Positions 9,604-19,498 of a DNA stretch of 64,000 nucleotides are shown piece after piece; the first letter of the stretch is position 1; each line of letters opens with the position of its first letter. Made by a program: the position numbers and the translations under genes. This stretch comes from a virus (Duplodnaviria; Caudoviricetes), in the IMG/VR virus record IMGVR_UViG_3300029286_001711; one strand, given 5' to 3'. Under the pieces are notes generated by a model. That model searched no databases and was not told the origin of the DNA. It worked only from the letters and a program-made list of their open reading frames with translations.

Positions 9604-10697
9604 TGGATTTTTTTAATACGACAATCTCAGATAAATCTATTGAGTACGTTAATCAGGTATTAACATCTACAATGATTTCAGCGGGTAAAAGAGCTGACTT
9701 ATTTGAGGAAAAATTAAATATGAAATACGGTTTCCCGAACCCAGTAACATTAAATAGTGGAACCGTCACAATGAGATTAGCTTTAATTGCGTCTGGGGTT
9801 AAAGAAGGTGATGAAGTTATTTTACCCGCTCAAACATTTGTCGCTACGGGTCATGTTATATTACAGTGTGGTGCTAAACCAGTATTCGCTGATATTAATT
9901 TAGATGGTAATATATCTTTAGAATCTATAAAACAAAAAATAACTAAAAAAACTAAAGCAATTATACCTGTTCATTGGGGTGGATACCCTTGTGATATGGA
10001 AGAAATAAATCAGTTAGCTAAAGAACATAATTTAATTGTAATTGAAGATGCCGCACACGCTTTAGGTGCGAAATATAGAAATAAAGAAATCGGTACTTTA
10101 TCAGATTTCACATCATTCTCTTTTCAAGCTATTAAACATTTAACTACTGGTGACGGTGGTTTATTAACATGTCTAAAAGAATCGGATTCTAAATTAGTTA
10201 AAAGATTAAGATGGTTTGATATAGACCGAGAGAATTCTATACCATCAATTTTAGGTGAAAGAGAATATGATATAACAAATGTGGGATTCAAATACCACAT
10301 GAATGATATATCAGCCTCAATCGGTTTAGGTAATCTAGAAACTATTGATACTAAATTAAGTAGAATAAAAAGTATTGCGAAAACTTACGAGAAATCATTA
10401 CAAAACATCCCAGGATTAAAACTTATGGAGTATAAAGACGATAGAGAGTCTTCATACTGGTTATTTCCAATGTTAATTGAACGTAGAATTGATTTCATTA
10501 ACAAACTAAAAGATAATGGTATACCGTCATCTGTCGTTCATTTAGGAATTGATAAGAATACACTTTTTGGTGGCAAAGATTATTCTTTAACCAATCAAAG
10601 ATATTTTGATGATAATCAAATACACATACCGATTCATGATAAATTATTAGATGAAGACGTGAATAAAATAATAGAAACAATAAAAAGTGGTTGGTAA
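9603..10697 (+). CDS. DegT/DnrJ/EryC1/StrS PLP-dependent sugar aminotransferase (perosamine synthase-like)
   Basis: NSGT, VHWGG, IEDAAHA, FSFQAIKHLTTGDGG (Schiff-base Lys present). Confidence 0.93.
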   Translation: MDFFNTTISDKSIEYVNQVLTSTMISAGKRADLFEEKLNMKYGFPNPVTLNSGTVTMRLALIASGVKEGDEVILPAQTFVATGHVILQCGAKPVFADINLDGNISLESIKQKITKKTKAIIPVHWGGYPCDMEEINQLAKEHNLIVIEDAAHALGAKYRNKEIGTLSDFTSFSFQAIKHLTTGDGGLLTCLKESDSKLVKRLRWFDIDRENSIPSILGEREYDITNVGFKYHMNDISASIGLGNLETIDTKLSRIKSIAKTYEKSLQNIPGLKLMEYKDDRESSYWLFPMLIERRIDFINKLKDNGIPSSVVHLGIDKNTLFGGKDYSLTNQRYFDDNQIHIPIHDKLLDEDVNKIIETIKSGW

Positions 10698-11416
10698 TGA
10701 TATTATCTAAAAGAAATTTAAGTGGTTTAATGGGGGTTAACAGTAATGAGAATGAAAATGGTGAGATTTTAATCTGTAAAGACATCATAAACCCAGATTC
10801 AATTGTTATAGATGTGGGTGCTAGAGATTCTGAATTACCCTACATAAATAGTAAAACAATATACCACTTATTTGAACCAATAGAATATAACTTCGAAAGA
10901 TTGGTCTCAAAATTTCGTGGGTTTACTAATGTCAAACTAAATAAGTTATGTCTATCTGACTGTGATGAAACTGTAGAAATCTATAAAGAATCTGAAAGTA
11001 TCAATAAAAGACTTAATTTTAATTATATATGGGAATCCGTTAATCCATCAAGAGTTCAAGATGGAATCAAAGAAAAAATTGAATGTATTAAACTTAAAGA
11101 TTATGTTAAGAATAGTGGGATTAAAAAAATTGACCTATTAAAGATAGATGTTGAGGGTTATGAGTTTAATGTTATTAAAGGGTTAGAAGATGAAATTAAT
11201 ATTGTAGATAATATTATTTTTGAATACAGTATCGGTACCTTTTCTTCAAGTGGGGTTGAATTATCCCAATTATTAGAACTCTTAAAAAATTTCGATTTAT
11301 ATCTAGTTCAAGATGATGGTTTAATTTATTTAGATTTTTCTCAAGAAGGTATGTATAATACTATTCGAAACATATATTATTGTAACATTCTAGCTAAAAA
11401 CAAAAAAAATGGATAA
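10691..11416 (+). CDS. FkbM-family methyltransferase
   Basis: VIDVGA, FEP, IDLLKIDVEGYE. Confidence 0.88.
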   Translation: MVMILSKRNLSGLMGVNSNENENGEILICKDIINPDSIVIDVGARDSELPYINSKTIYHLFEPIEYNFERLVSKFRGFTNVKLNKLCLSDCDETVEIYKESESINKRLNFNYIWESVNPSRVQDGIKEKIECIKLKDYVKNSGIKKIDLLKIDVEGYEFNVIKGLEDEINIVDNIIFEYSIGTFSSSGVELSQLLELLKNFDLYLVQDDGLIYLDFSQEGMYNTIRNIYYCNILAKNKKNG

Positions 11417-11966
11417 CATATTTTTCGATAAAAGTAAGTTAAAATATTGTGGTAAAAATGTTATTATAGGTAAAACTGTAAGAATAAGAAAACCCGAAGA
11501 ATGCGTTATAGGTGATGACACTATAATTGACGATTTCGCTTATATTTCATGTCCTATTGAAATAGGTAAAAATTGTCACATCGCCTCACACGTATCAATA
11601 TCTGGTGGTGCTGGTAAATTTAAGATGGGGGATTATTCTACAATATCTAACCATTGTTCAGTACATTGTGCCTCTAGTGATTATAGTAAAGTTTCATTAG
11701 ATTTACCTTCAGTTCCGACAGAAGAACAGTTCGGTGGTGAGGTTGGGGTTGTAGAATTGGGGGCTTTTGTAACGGTTGGTGCACATTCATGTATACTACC
11801 AAATGTTTTAATACCAGATGGTTTTGCCTGTGGTGCTCATACTTTAGTAAAAAATCAAGAATTTAAAGAATGGTCTCTTTATGCTGGAATACCAGCAAAA
11901 CTTATTAAAAAAAGAGACTTATCTGAAATAGAGAATAAAAATATTTTCAAAAATTATTATAAATGA
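11409..11966 (+). CDS. Left-handed beta-helix (hexapeptide) acyltransferase
   Basis: Hexapeptide repeats IGDDTIID/IGKNCHIA; YAGIPAKLIK. Confidence 0.85.
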   Translation: MDNIFFDKSKLKYCGKNVIIGKTVRIRKPEECVIGDDTIIDDFAYISCPIEIGKNCHIASHVSISGGAGKFKMGDYSTISNHCSVHCASSDYSKVSLDLPSVPTEEQFGGEVGVVELGAFVTVGAHSCILPNVLIPDGFACGAHTLVKNQEFKEWSLYAGIPAKLIKKRDLSEIENKNIFKNYYK

Positions 11967-12892
11967 AAAAAATATTAATCTTAGGGGGTTACGGATTTTT
12001 GGGTCAAAACTTAAGTAAGGTTTTTAAAGATTCTAACTATGAAATTCATTTAGAATCAAGAAGAAGTGGTTGTGATATTTTAAATTACGAACAGTTTCTT
12101 GATGTTGTTAAAAAAATTAATCCAGATATTATTATAAACGCTGCAGCTCACGTTGGTGGTGTTGGTTATGTGTCTAAAATTTCAGCTGAAGTTTGTAGTG
12201 ATAATACTTTAATGTTTATCAATATTTTTAAAGTAATAAAAGAAGTTAATAAAAATATTTTATTAATTAATCCATTAGCTAACTGTTCTTACCCTGGTGA
12301 GACATTAGAGGTGTTGGAAGAAAGTCAGTGGTGGAATGGTGTTGTACATGAATCGGTAGAATCTTATGGTAACACAAAAAAAATTGGTTTTATCCTATCA
12401 GAATGTTATAGGAAAGAGTATGGTATAAAAACAGTTAATTTATTAGTACCAAATGCTTACGGTCCTTTTGATTATACTGATGAAGAAAGAACACACGCTA
12501 TGAACGGTATTATTCTTAGATTGTTGAAATCTATTAAGAATAGAGACACTGAATTTATGATATGGGGTTCTGGTACCCCAATCAGAGAATGGGTCTATAT
12601 GGAGGACGTGGCAAGGTTAATTAAAGATATTATAGATAACAACAGTATAGAATTACCCAACCCAATAAACATTGGTCAAGAAATGGGTTTTTCAATTAAA
12701 GACTCTGTAAGTATGGTACAAAACATCTTACATACAAATTTTATCATCAACTACGATTTAACAAAAAAGGAAGGAGCACCTAAAAAAGTGATGTCCAGTA
12801 AGTTGTTTAAAGAATGTTTTCCAGATTTTACATTTACAACACCTGAAGAAGGTATTAAAGAAACTATTAGATATTATGAAAATATTATATAA
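11963..12892 (+). CDS. GDP-L-fucose synthase (Fcl/WcaG)-like extended SDR epimerase/reductase
   Basis: GGYGFLG, AAAHVGG, YGNTK, WGSGTPIREWVY. Confidence 0.85.
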   Translation: MKKILILGGYGFLGQNLSKVFKDSNYEIHLESRRSGCDILNYEQFLDVVKKINPDIIINAAAHVGGVGYVSKISAEVCSDNTLMFINIFKVIKEVNKNILLINPLANCSYPGETLEVLEESQWWNGVVHESVESYGNTKKIGFILSECYRKEYGIKTVNLLVPNAYGPFDYTDEERTHAMNGIILRLLKSIKNRDTEFMIWGSGTPIREWVYMEDVARLIKDIIDNNSIELPNPINIGQEMGFSIKDSVSMVQNILHTNFIINYDLTKKEGAPKKVMSSKLFKECFPDFTFTTPEEGIKETIRYYENII

Positions 12893-13736
12893 TTACGCAC
12901 ACAACAGATTTTTAAATACACAAGAAAGATGTACTAAAACAGGTATAGAAGTTGGTGGATTTGATAAGGCTTACCAATTTAGAATTGATGATATCGATAC
13001 TGAATTCAGAAATAAAAACTCATTTATTTTAAATCAACCAAGGGGAGCTGGATATTGGTTATGGAAATACTATTTTGCGGTTAAATTATTGAACGATGAT
13101 TCAGTAAAGGAAGGTGATTATATTTTCTACGCTGATGCGGGTTCTCATTTTATAGATAAGATAGATTATTTAATCGATACTATGGAAAGAGATGGTACAT
13201 CTTTGATGACATTTAGACAAAATCATTTAGCCTATATTTGGACTAAAAGAGATATGTTTTTACTTATGGATGCTGACACACCTAAGTTCACGCATACAGC
13301 CCAAAGAGTGGGTGGTTGGTTTTTATTTAAGAAAAATGAACTCACCAAGAAATTTTTTCAAGAATGTTTAACATATTCTTGTGATGCTAGAGTATTAACT
13401 GATATGCCAAATCAATTAGGCCAACCTAACTATCCTGGGTTTAGAGATCACAGACATGATGAATCTTTAATAAGTATTATGTCAAAAAAATATGATTTAT
13501 TTCCGTATAGGAACCCATCACAACACGGAATTGTCGATGATGTTCACTTCACAAATAACAAATATGGTGAGTTAGGTTATAAAGAAATGGTTGATAAATT
13601 CGGACCTATTTCCACTTGGTTACATAAATATGGTGTTTATTTTCACGGCGAATCTTTAAATCAATATCCAGAATTAGATATTGACGATAAATCTACATAC
13701 CCAACTATCTTAGAACTAACAAGAAACCCTAATTAA
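12876..13736 (+). CDS. Putative glycosyltransferase-like protein
   Basis: GYWLWK, YADAG, DHRHDES; cluster context. Confidence 0.5.
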   Translation: MKILYNYAHNRFLNTQERCTKTGIEVGGFDKAYQFRIDDIDTEFRNKNSFILNQPRGAGYWLWKYYFAVKLLNDDSVKEGDYIFYADAGSHFIDKIDYLIDTMERDGTSLMTFRQNHLAYIWTKRDMFLLMDADTPKFTHTAQRVGGWFLFKKNELTKKFFQECLTYSCDARVLTDMPNQLGQPNYPGFRDHRHDESLISIMSKKYDLFPYRNPSQHGIVDDVHFTNNKYGELGYKEMVDKFGPISTWLHKYGVYFHGESLNQYPELDIDDKSTYPTILELTRNPN

Positions 13737-14356
13737 TGGAAACTATAACAATATTAATACCCACGTACAACAACGCATCTAAAATTGGTAGGTGTATTGA
13801 CTCAGCATTAAATCAAACCTATAAGGACATTAAAATCGTCGTATTGAATGATGGTTCTACTGATAACACTAAAGAGATTGTTGAAGGTTACCTAAAAAAT
13901 CATAATAATATTTTTTATTATGAAAACGACGGTAATAAAGGGCGTGGATATTCAAGAAATAGAATACTAGAGTTATCAGATACAAGGTTGTCCTGTTGGT
14001 TAGATTCGGATGATTATATGGATTTGGATAAAATTAAACAACAATACGAGTATTTTTTAAAAAACGAAAATTGTAATTTTTTGGCAACACCAATGATGTG
14101 TTTATTACCAGAAAATAAAACGATACCAGGTTATTCTGGCTATGATTTTATTAAAAATGTGACTTTATTAAATTTAAGAATGATAAACCACATACCACAC
14201 CCTACTGTTATGTTTAAAACACAAATAGCTAAAGATTTGAAATTTAACCCAAATATGAATAGAGAAGAGGATTGGGATTTTTATATTAGATTATATGAGA
14301 ATGGTTATAAAGTAGACGTGATACCAAATTTACTATATTTTTATAACATGTGTTAA
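13736..14356 (+). CDS. Glycosyltransferase family 2
   Basis: ILIPTYN, NDGSTD, WLDSDD, EDWDF. Confidence 0.92.
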   Translation: METITILIPTYNNASKIGRCIDSALNQTYKDIKIVVLNDGSTDNTKEIVEGYLKNHNNIFYYENDGNKGRGYSRNRILELSDTRLSCWLDSDDYMDLDKIKQQYEYFLKNENCNFLATPMMCLLPENKTIPGYSGYDFIKNVTLLNLRMINHIPHPTVMFKTQIAKDLKFNPNMNREEDWDFYIRLYENGYKVDVIPNLLYFYNMC

Positions 14357-15287
14357 TGGAAAAAATCATTCTAATTACTGGTGGTTCTGGCCTAGTGGGT
14401 ACAGCACTCAAAAAATTTATACCTAATGCAATTTACGTAGATTCTAAAGAATATGATTTAAGGAAAGAATCTGATGTAATCAAAATGTTTGAAACTATAA
14501 AACCAAATATTGTTATACATTAGCGGCCAAAGTTGGTGGTATATTAGACAATGTTGAAAGACCAGCTGAGTATTTTATCGATAATATATTGATGAATAGT
14601 TTAATGGTTAAATACTCACATCTTTATAACGTAGAAAGATTTTTAACTATGTTAAGTAGTTGTATTTATCCTGACGTTATTGAACATTACCCTCTACAAG
14701 AAAAAGATTTACACACTGGACCACCAACGGAATCTAATTTCTCATACGGTTACGCTAAAAGATGTTTAGCTGTGTTAATAGATTCCTATAATAAACAATA
14801 TGGTACAAAATATAATTACATAACACCGTGTAACCTATACGGTATTGGTGATAAGGATGATGAGAAAAAAAGTCACTTTGTAACTTCATTAGTAAAGAAG
14901 ATATATGAGGCAAATAAAAATAATAATGACCATATTATTCTATATGGTGATGGTACTCCATTAAGACAGTTTATGTATTCTGAAGATTTAGCATACGTAA
15001 TAAATCAAATGTTAGAAAAAAACATATACGATAATTTTAATATAACTACAAATGAAAATTGTAGTATTTCAGAAATCGCTAATATAGCTTTAGAAGCTTG
15101 TGATTCTAAACATCTTAAAATTATTTACGATAAAACAAAACCAAACGGGCAATTCAGAAAAGACATTTCTAATGAGAAATTAAAATCTTTACTTCCCGAC
15201 TTCAAACCTACATCTTTAAGTAGTGGTATAAAAAAAGTTTACAAAAATTATTTATTAAATGATAAAATTAGTCAGCGACACAATTAA
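14356..15287 (+). pseudogene. WcaG/ColC-like GDP-sugar reductase interrupted by a 1-nt frameshift at about 14520
   Basis: ATG 14356 gives MEKIILITGGSGLVG...IVIH then TAG; the -1 frame continues LAAKVGG...YGYAKR...GDGTPLRQF. The ORF track shows only the 3' part (14589-15287). Confidence 0.85.
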
Positions 15288-16416
15288 TAGAGAGGATATT
15301 AACGCATTAATTGAGTGGTTACAACAAGAACCATCACCTAAATTAACAAAGGGTAACCTAACTTTTGAGTTAGAAGATAAATGGGCTAAAAAAATTGGAA
15401 CTAAGTATTCGGTATATATAAATTCAGGATCTTCAGCTATTTTACTAGCTCTCGCGGCTTTAAAACAATTAAACAGACTTAAAAATAATAAGATAGTGGT
15501 ACCCGCTTTAAGTTGGGCTACAGATGTTAGTAGTCCAATGTTATTAGGGTTAGAACCTATTATGTGTGACTGTAATCTTGATGATTTGTCCTGTGATTTA
15601 ACTCACCTTGAAGAGATTTTCCAAAAAAATAACCCCTCATCCTTAATTTTAGTTTCACCGTTAGGTTTAGTACCTAAAATGGATGAAATTATATCACTAT
15701 GTGAGAAATACGATGTTATCTTATTAGAGGACGTTTGTGAAAGTATGGGTTCAAAATATAAGAACCAATATTTAGGTAGTTTTGGTTTAGCTTCGTTTTT
15801 TTCAATGTATTTTGGTCATCACCTAAGTACAATTGAGGGTGGATTTATTAACACGAACGATGAAGAATTCTATCACATGTTAATCATGATGAGAAGTCAT
15901 GGGTGGGACAGGGATTTACCAGTTTGGAAACAGAAAGAACTTAGAGAAAAACACAATTGTAGTGATTTTGAAGCTTTGTATACGTTTTATGTACCAGGGT
16001 TTAATTTAAGGTCAACCGATTTACAAGCGTTTATTGGTTTAAGAGCTATAGACAGATTAGATGATTACGCCGAAAAAAGAAACAAAAATTTCTTTTCATA
16101 TATCGGTGGTATTGTGGGTAATAGAATTGATATTAGGGTAGATGAGGGTGACTTTATATCTAGTTTTGCTATACCTGTTGTTAGTGAACATAGGGAGTCT
16201 ATTGCTGAAGAATTAATACAAAACGGTATAGAAGTTAGACCCTTAATTGCTGGTAACATGGCAAATAAACCAATGTGGTACGAAAAATACGGTAAAGTTA
16301 ATTTACCTAATGCAGATATAATTGATAGAATGGGTTTTTATCTACCTAACCATCAAGATCTAACAGAAAAAGATATTCAAAAAATAACTACTATTATAAA
16401 TAAACATCATGTATGA
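15259..16416 (+). CDS. colD: GDP-4-keto-6-deoxy-D-mannose 3-dehydratase (ColD-type)
   Basis: DegT fold with His in place of the Schiff-base Lys (FSMYFGHHLSTIEGG); RSHGWDR and PGFNLRST; 385 aa with no Fe-S insert. Confidence 0.8.
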   Translation: MIKLVSDTINREDINALIEWLQQEPSPKLTKGNLTFELEDKWAKKIGTKYSVYINSGSSAILLALAALKQLNRLKNNKIVVPALSWATDVSSPMLLGLEPIMCDCNLDDLSCDLTHLEEIFQKNNPSSLILVSPLGLVPKMDEIISLCEKYDVILLEDVCESMGSKYKNQYLGSFGLASFFSMYFGHHLSTIEGGFINTNDEEFYHMLIMMRSHGWDRDLPVWKQKELREKHNCSDFEALYTFYVPGFNLRSTDLQAFIGLRAIDRLDDYAEKRNKNFFSYIGGIVGNRIDIRVDEGDFISSFAIPVVSEHRESIAEELIQNGIEVRPLIAGNMANKPMWYEKYGKVNLPNADIIDRMGFYLPNHQDLTEKDIQKITTIINKHHV

Positions 16417-16555
16417 AGTGTGGGAAGTAGTCAGAATTGGTGATTGTGACTTTGAACCTTTGCTATTGGTATCGAGAATTGATGACATGGAAGAGGCTAT
16501 AAAAATAAAGAATCAAAATGAAAATTATATTTTAACGGTAAACGTTAGTCAGTAA
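16409..16555 (+). CDS. Small hypothetical protein (48 aa), not in ORF track
   Basis: MYEVWEVVRIGD...VNVSQ* fills the gap between colD and phoH. Confidence 0.55.
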   Translation: MYEVWEVVRIGDCDFEPLLLVSRIDDMEEAIKIKNQNENYILTVNVSQ

Positions 16556-16557
16556 CT

Positions 16558-17352
16558 ATGAGTAAAAGAAGACCAAACAAAAGGTTGTCAGATGATGAAC
16601 AAGAAATTGTAAACAATTTTTTATCAGTAAAACCAGAGGAAAATAAAACAATCAATTCAATTAGAGTAGATGTTAAACCTAAAACTGAAAATCAAAAAAA
16701 GTTAGTTCAAGCCATTAAAGAAAAAGAAATTGTAATAGCCTCTGGGTTTCCAGGTACTGGTAAGACATTCTTAGCTTGTGCTGAAGCATTAAAATTATTA
16801 AGAAACCCAGAAAACGCTTTTAAAAAGATAATCTTAGTTAAGTCTGTAACAACACTTAAAGATGAAGAGATAGGATTTCTAAAGGGTACTATGGAAGAAA
16901 AAATGGAACCGTTTATGGATTCATTTTTAGATAATTTTAATAAGATTGTAGGTGAAAGTTTAACGACTAAACTTAGAGAACAAGGATATGTTCAAATAAA
17001 ACCGATAGCATACGTTAGAGGTAGAAGTATTGACAATTCTGTTATTATTATGGATGAGGCTCAAAATATTAGTTTAGACAATATGAGAACATTAATGACC
17101 AGGATTGGTGAAAACTCAAAAATGATTATTTTAGGTGATATCAAACAAAAAGATATTCGTAATAAAAAAGATAGTTCTTTAGAAGTTGTTATAGATAAAT
17201 TTAGAGATAAAAAAAGTTTTGGTATCGTTGAGTTAAGAAATAAAGAAGATATTGTTAGAAATAAGATTATAGAAATAATCGAAGAGGTTTTCGATCAGAT
17301 AGATGAGGAGAAATCTAATAAAGGTGGTAAAAAACAATTATTAAAAGATTAA
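16558..17352 (+). CDS. phoH: PhoH-family ATPase
   Basis: GFPGTGKT, RGRS, IIMDEAQN, GDIKQKD, DIVRN. Confidence 0.95.
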   Translation: MSKRRPNKRLSDDEQEIVNNFLSVKPEENKTINSIRVDVKPKTENQKKLVQAIKEKEIVIASGFPGTGKTFLACAEALKLLRNPENAFKKIILVKSVTTLKDEEIGFLKGTMEEKMEPFMDSFLDNFNKIVGESLTTKLREQGYVQIKPIAYVRGRSIDNSVIIMDEAQNISLDNMRTLMTRIGENSKMIILGDIKQKDIRNKKDSSLEVVIDKFRDKKSFGIVELRNKEDIVRNKIIEIIEEVFDQIDEEKSNKGGKKQLLKD

Positions 17353-17353
17353 T

Positions 17354-18013
17354 ATGAAAATAGGTGTATCAATAAACGGTGTGTTAAGAAACTTCTTCGG
17401 TCAGATAGAAAAAACACATACCAAATATTTTAACCCAGAAGATGGTGATGAATTATTTGTTGGTGATTACGATTTAGAAGCGTGGATTACTTTCCCTCAA
17501 GAGGAAGTTGTTAGAAATGAAATTCAATTTAATCCTGATTTTAATGAAAGAGAATTTTTAAAAACAGATGATATGTTAGAAACTGAAAGTGTTACTGACG
17601 ATGAAATAACAGTTGAAGAATTTATTTACGATAAATGTTGTTTGGAAATTTTTGGTTACGCTGAAGAGATGATAGATGGAGCAGTAAATACAGTAAACGA
17701 TTTAAGTTTATTTTCAACTGGTAAACACGAATTTATTATAACAAGTCGTGAGGCTGGTAGATCGGTACCGTCAACATTGTTTTTCTTATCAAAAACTGGT
17801 TGTATGATTCCAGATATTAAATTTACATTAGCTACGACAGACTGTTGGAACCATGTAGATGTTATGATTACAGACCACCCAGAAATTTTACAATCAAAAC
17901 CAGAAGGTAAATTTACTATTAAAATTGAAAAGACTTTTAATGAAAGTATACCCTCAGATTATACAGTAAGATCCGTTAAAGAACTTAGTGGTTTAGACCT
18001 ATTCAATAATTAA
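17354..18013 (+). CDS. HAD-fold 5'(3')-deoxyribonucleotidase-like protein with degenerate active site
   Basis: IGVSINGVL (DxDG equivalent), IITSRE, VDVMITDHP. Confidence 0.6.
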   Translation: MKIGVSINGVLRNFFGQIEKTHTKYFNPEDGDELFVGDYDLEAWITFPQEEVVRNEIQFNPDFNEREFLKTDDMLETESVTDDEITVEEFIYDKCCLEIFGYAEEMIDGAVNTVNDLSLFSTGKHEFIITSREAGRSVPSTLFFLSKTGCMIPDIKFTLATTDCWNHVDVMITDHPEILQSKPEGKFTIKIEKTFNESIPSDYTVRSVKELSGLDLFNN

Positions 18014-18050
18014 TATTTACTTATAACATTTAATAGTTAGATATATTTTC

Positions 18051-18428
18051 ATGAATAAATACAGAAGAGAAGAGGACGACTCAGAATTATTTAAAATCGC
18101 AGGTAATCAATATTACTTAGATTTAAACGCGTTAAGTGAATTCATTCACATTGAAAAAACTGAAAGTGTTGACGACATTTTAGGTGAGGCAAAAAAAGAA
18201 TTAGAGGATAGTCAGGAAAGTATTCAAAGTGAAGAAACCTACGCACAACTAATTGATATCACTAAATGGGAAACCACTAAGGTATTAATAGAGTCCATAT
18301 TAACAGAACAAGGTCCTGTAGATGAGGCCATGGGAGTCAAAAAATTAGAGGATCAATTATCAATACCCTTTAAATTATCATTTAACACATTACTAAAATA
18401 TAAAATCATAAAAGAAGATGGAAGATAA
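18051..18428 (+). CDS. Hypothetical protein
   Basis: 125-aa ORF in the operon. Confidence 0.7.
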   Translation: MNKYRREEDDSELFKIAGNQYYLDLNALSEFIHIEKTESVDDILGEAKKELEDSQESIQSEETYAQLIDITKWETTKVLIESILTEQGPVDEAMGVKKLEDQLSIPFKLSFNTLLKYKIIKEDGR

Positions 18429-19497
18429 CGTAAAAAGTCTCATTGTTGAATCAGTGAGTAAATTAGAGAAGAAAGATTTTAAAATCTATTTCTTCGTCAT
18501 GGATACCAAAGGTAATCCTTTAGCTTCAGTAGCTACAATATATGAACACGCTAAATTATTGCGTGAATTAGGGTATGAATCGTTGATTCTCCATGAAAAA
18601 AATGATTACGCCCCAATGGGGTTATCATTAGGTGATGAGTACGCACAGATACCTCACGTTTCAATAGAAGGTGGACAGTTAAAAGTTAATACACAGGATT
18701 TTATTGTAATACCTGAAATTTTCTCTAATGTTATGGAACAAACAGCAAAGTTACCAAGTAAGAGAATTGTATTTTCACAATCGTATGACTATATCTTTGA
18801 AATGTTATTACCTGGAAAAAATTGGGCAGATTTTGGTATTACCGATGTAATTACTACAACGGAAAAACAAAAAGAGTATGTTGAAAACCTTTTCAGTAAG
18901 AGAGTTAAAGCTGAAGTAATACCTGTGAGTATTCCAGAATATTTTAAACCTTCAGATACACCTAAAAAACCAATCATCGCCATCTCAACTCGTGACCAAA
19001 GAGATTTGGTTAAAATTTACAAAACATTTTATTTAAAATACCCTCACCTTAAGTGGGTGTCATTCCGTGACATGAGAGGTTTACCTAAAGAATCTTTCGC
19101 TAAAGCATTGAGTGAATCTTGTTTAGCTATTTGGATTGATGAAGAATCATCTTTTGGTACTTTCCCTTTAGAGGCTATGAAATCTAATGTACCTGTTTTA
19201 GGTAAAGTTCCTAATATGGTACCAGAATGGATGGATGATAAAAACGGTCTTTGGACTCATGATATTTTAATGGTTGCTGATTTAGCGGCAAACTATTTTC
19301 AAACTTGGTTAGAAGATGGTGAACCACAAGAACTATTTGATGAAATGTCAAAAGCAAAAGAATTATATACCGTTTCAAAACAAAAAGAAAAAATTGAAGA
19401 AGTTTACGGTAAATTTTTCCAAAATAGAATTAACGAACTTAAAGCTATGTTACCAGCTGAAGTTGAAAATAACGTAGAACCACAAAAAACTGTTTAA
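18418..19497 (+). CDS. GT-B (GT4-like) glycosyltransferase
   Basis: SSFGTFPLEAMKSNVPV signature. Confidence 0.75.
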   Translation: MEDNVKSLIVESVSKLEKKDFKIYFFVMDTKGNPLASVATIYEHAKLLRELGYESLILHEKNDYAPMGLSLGDEYAQIPHVSIEGGQLKVNTQDFIVIPEIFSNVMEQTAKLPSKRIVFSQSYDYIFEMLLPGKNWADFGITDVITTTEKQKEYVENLFSKRVKAEVIPVSIPEYFKPSDTPKKPIIAISTRDQRDLVKIYKTFYLKYPHLKWVSFRDMRGLPKESFAKALSESCLAIWIDEESSFGTFPLEAMKSNVPVLGKVPNMVPEWMDDKNGLWTHDILMVADLAANYFQTWLEDGEPQELFDEMSKAKELYTVSKQKEKIEEVYGKFFQNRINELKAMLPAEVENNVEPQKTV

Positions 19498-19498
19498 A

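Noticed and set aside
14521-14523. TAG read-through / alternative genetic code (known in some large phages)
   Set aside because: Read-through would not restore the frame, which needs a -1 shift. Other genes are intact in code 11, and several end at TAG next to the following gene or a terminator
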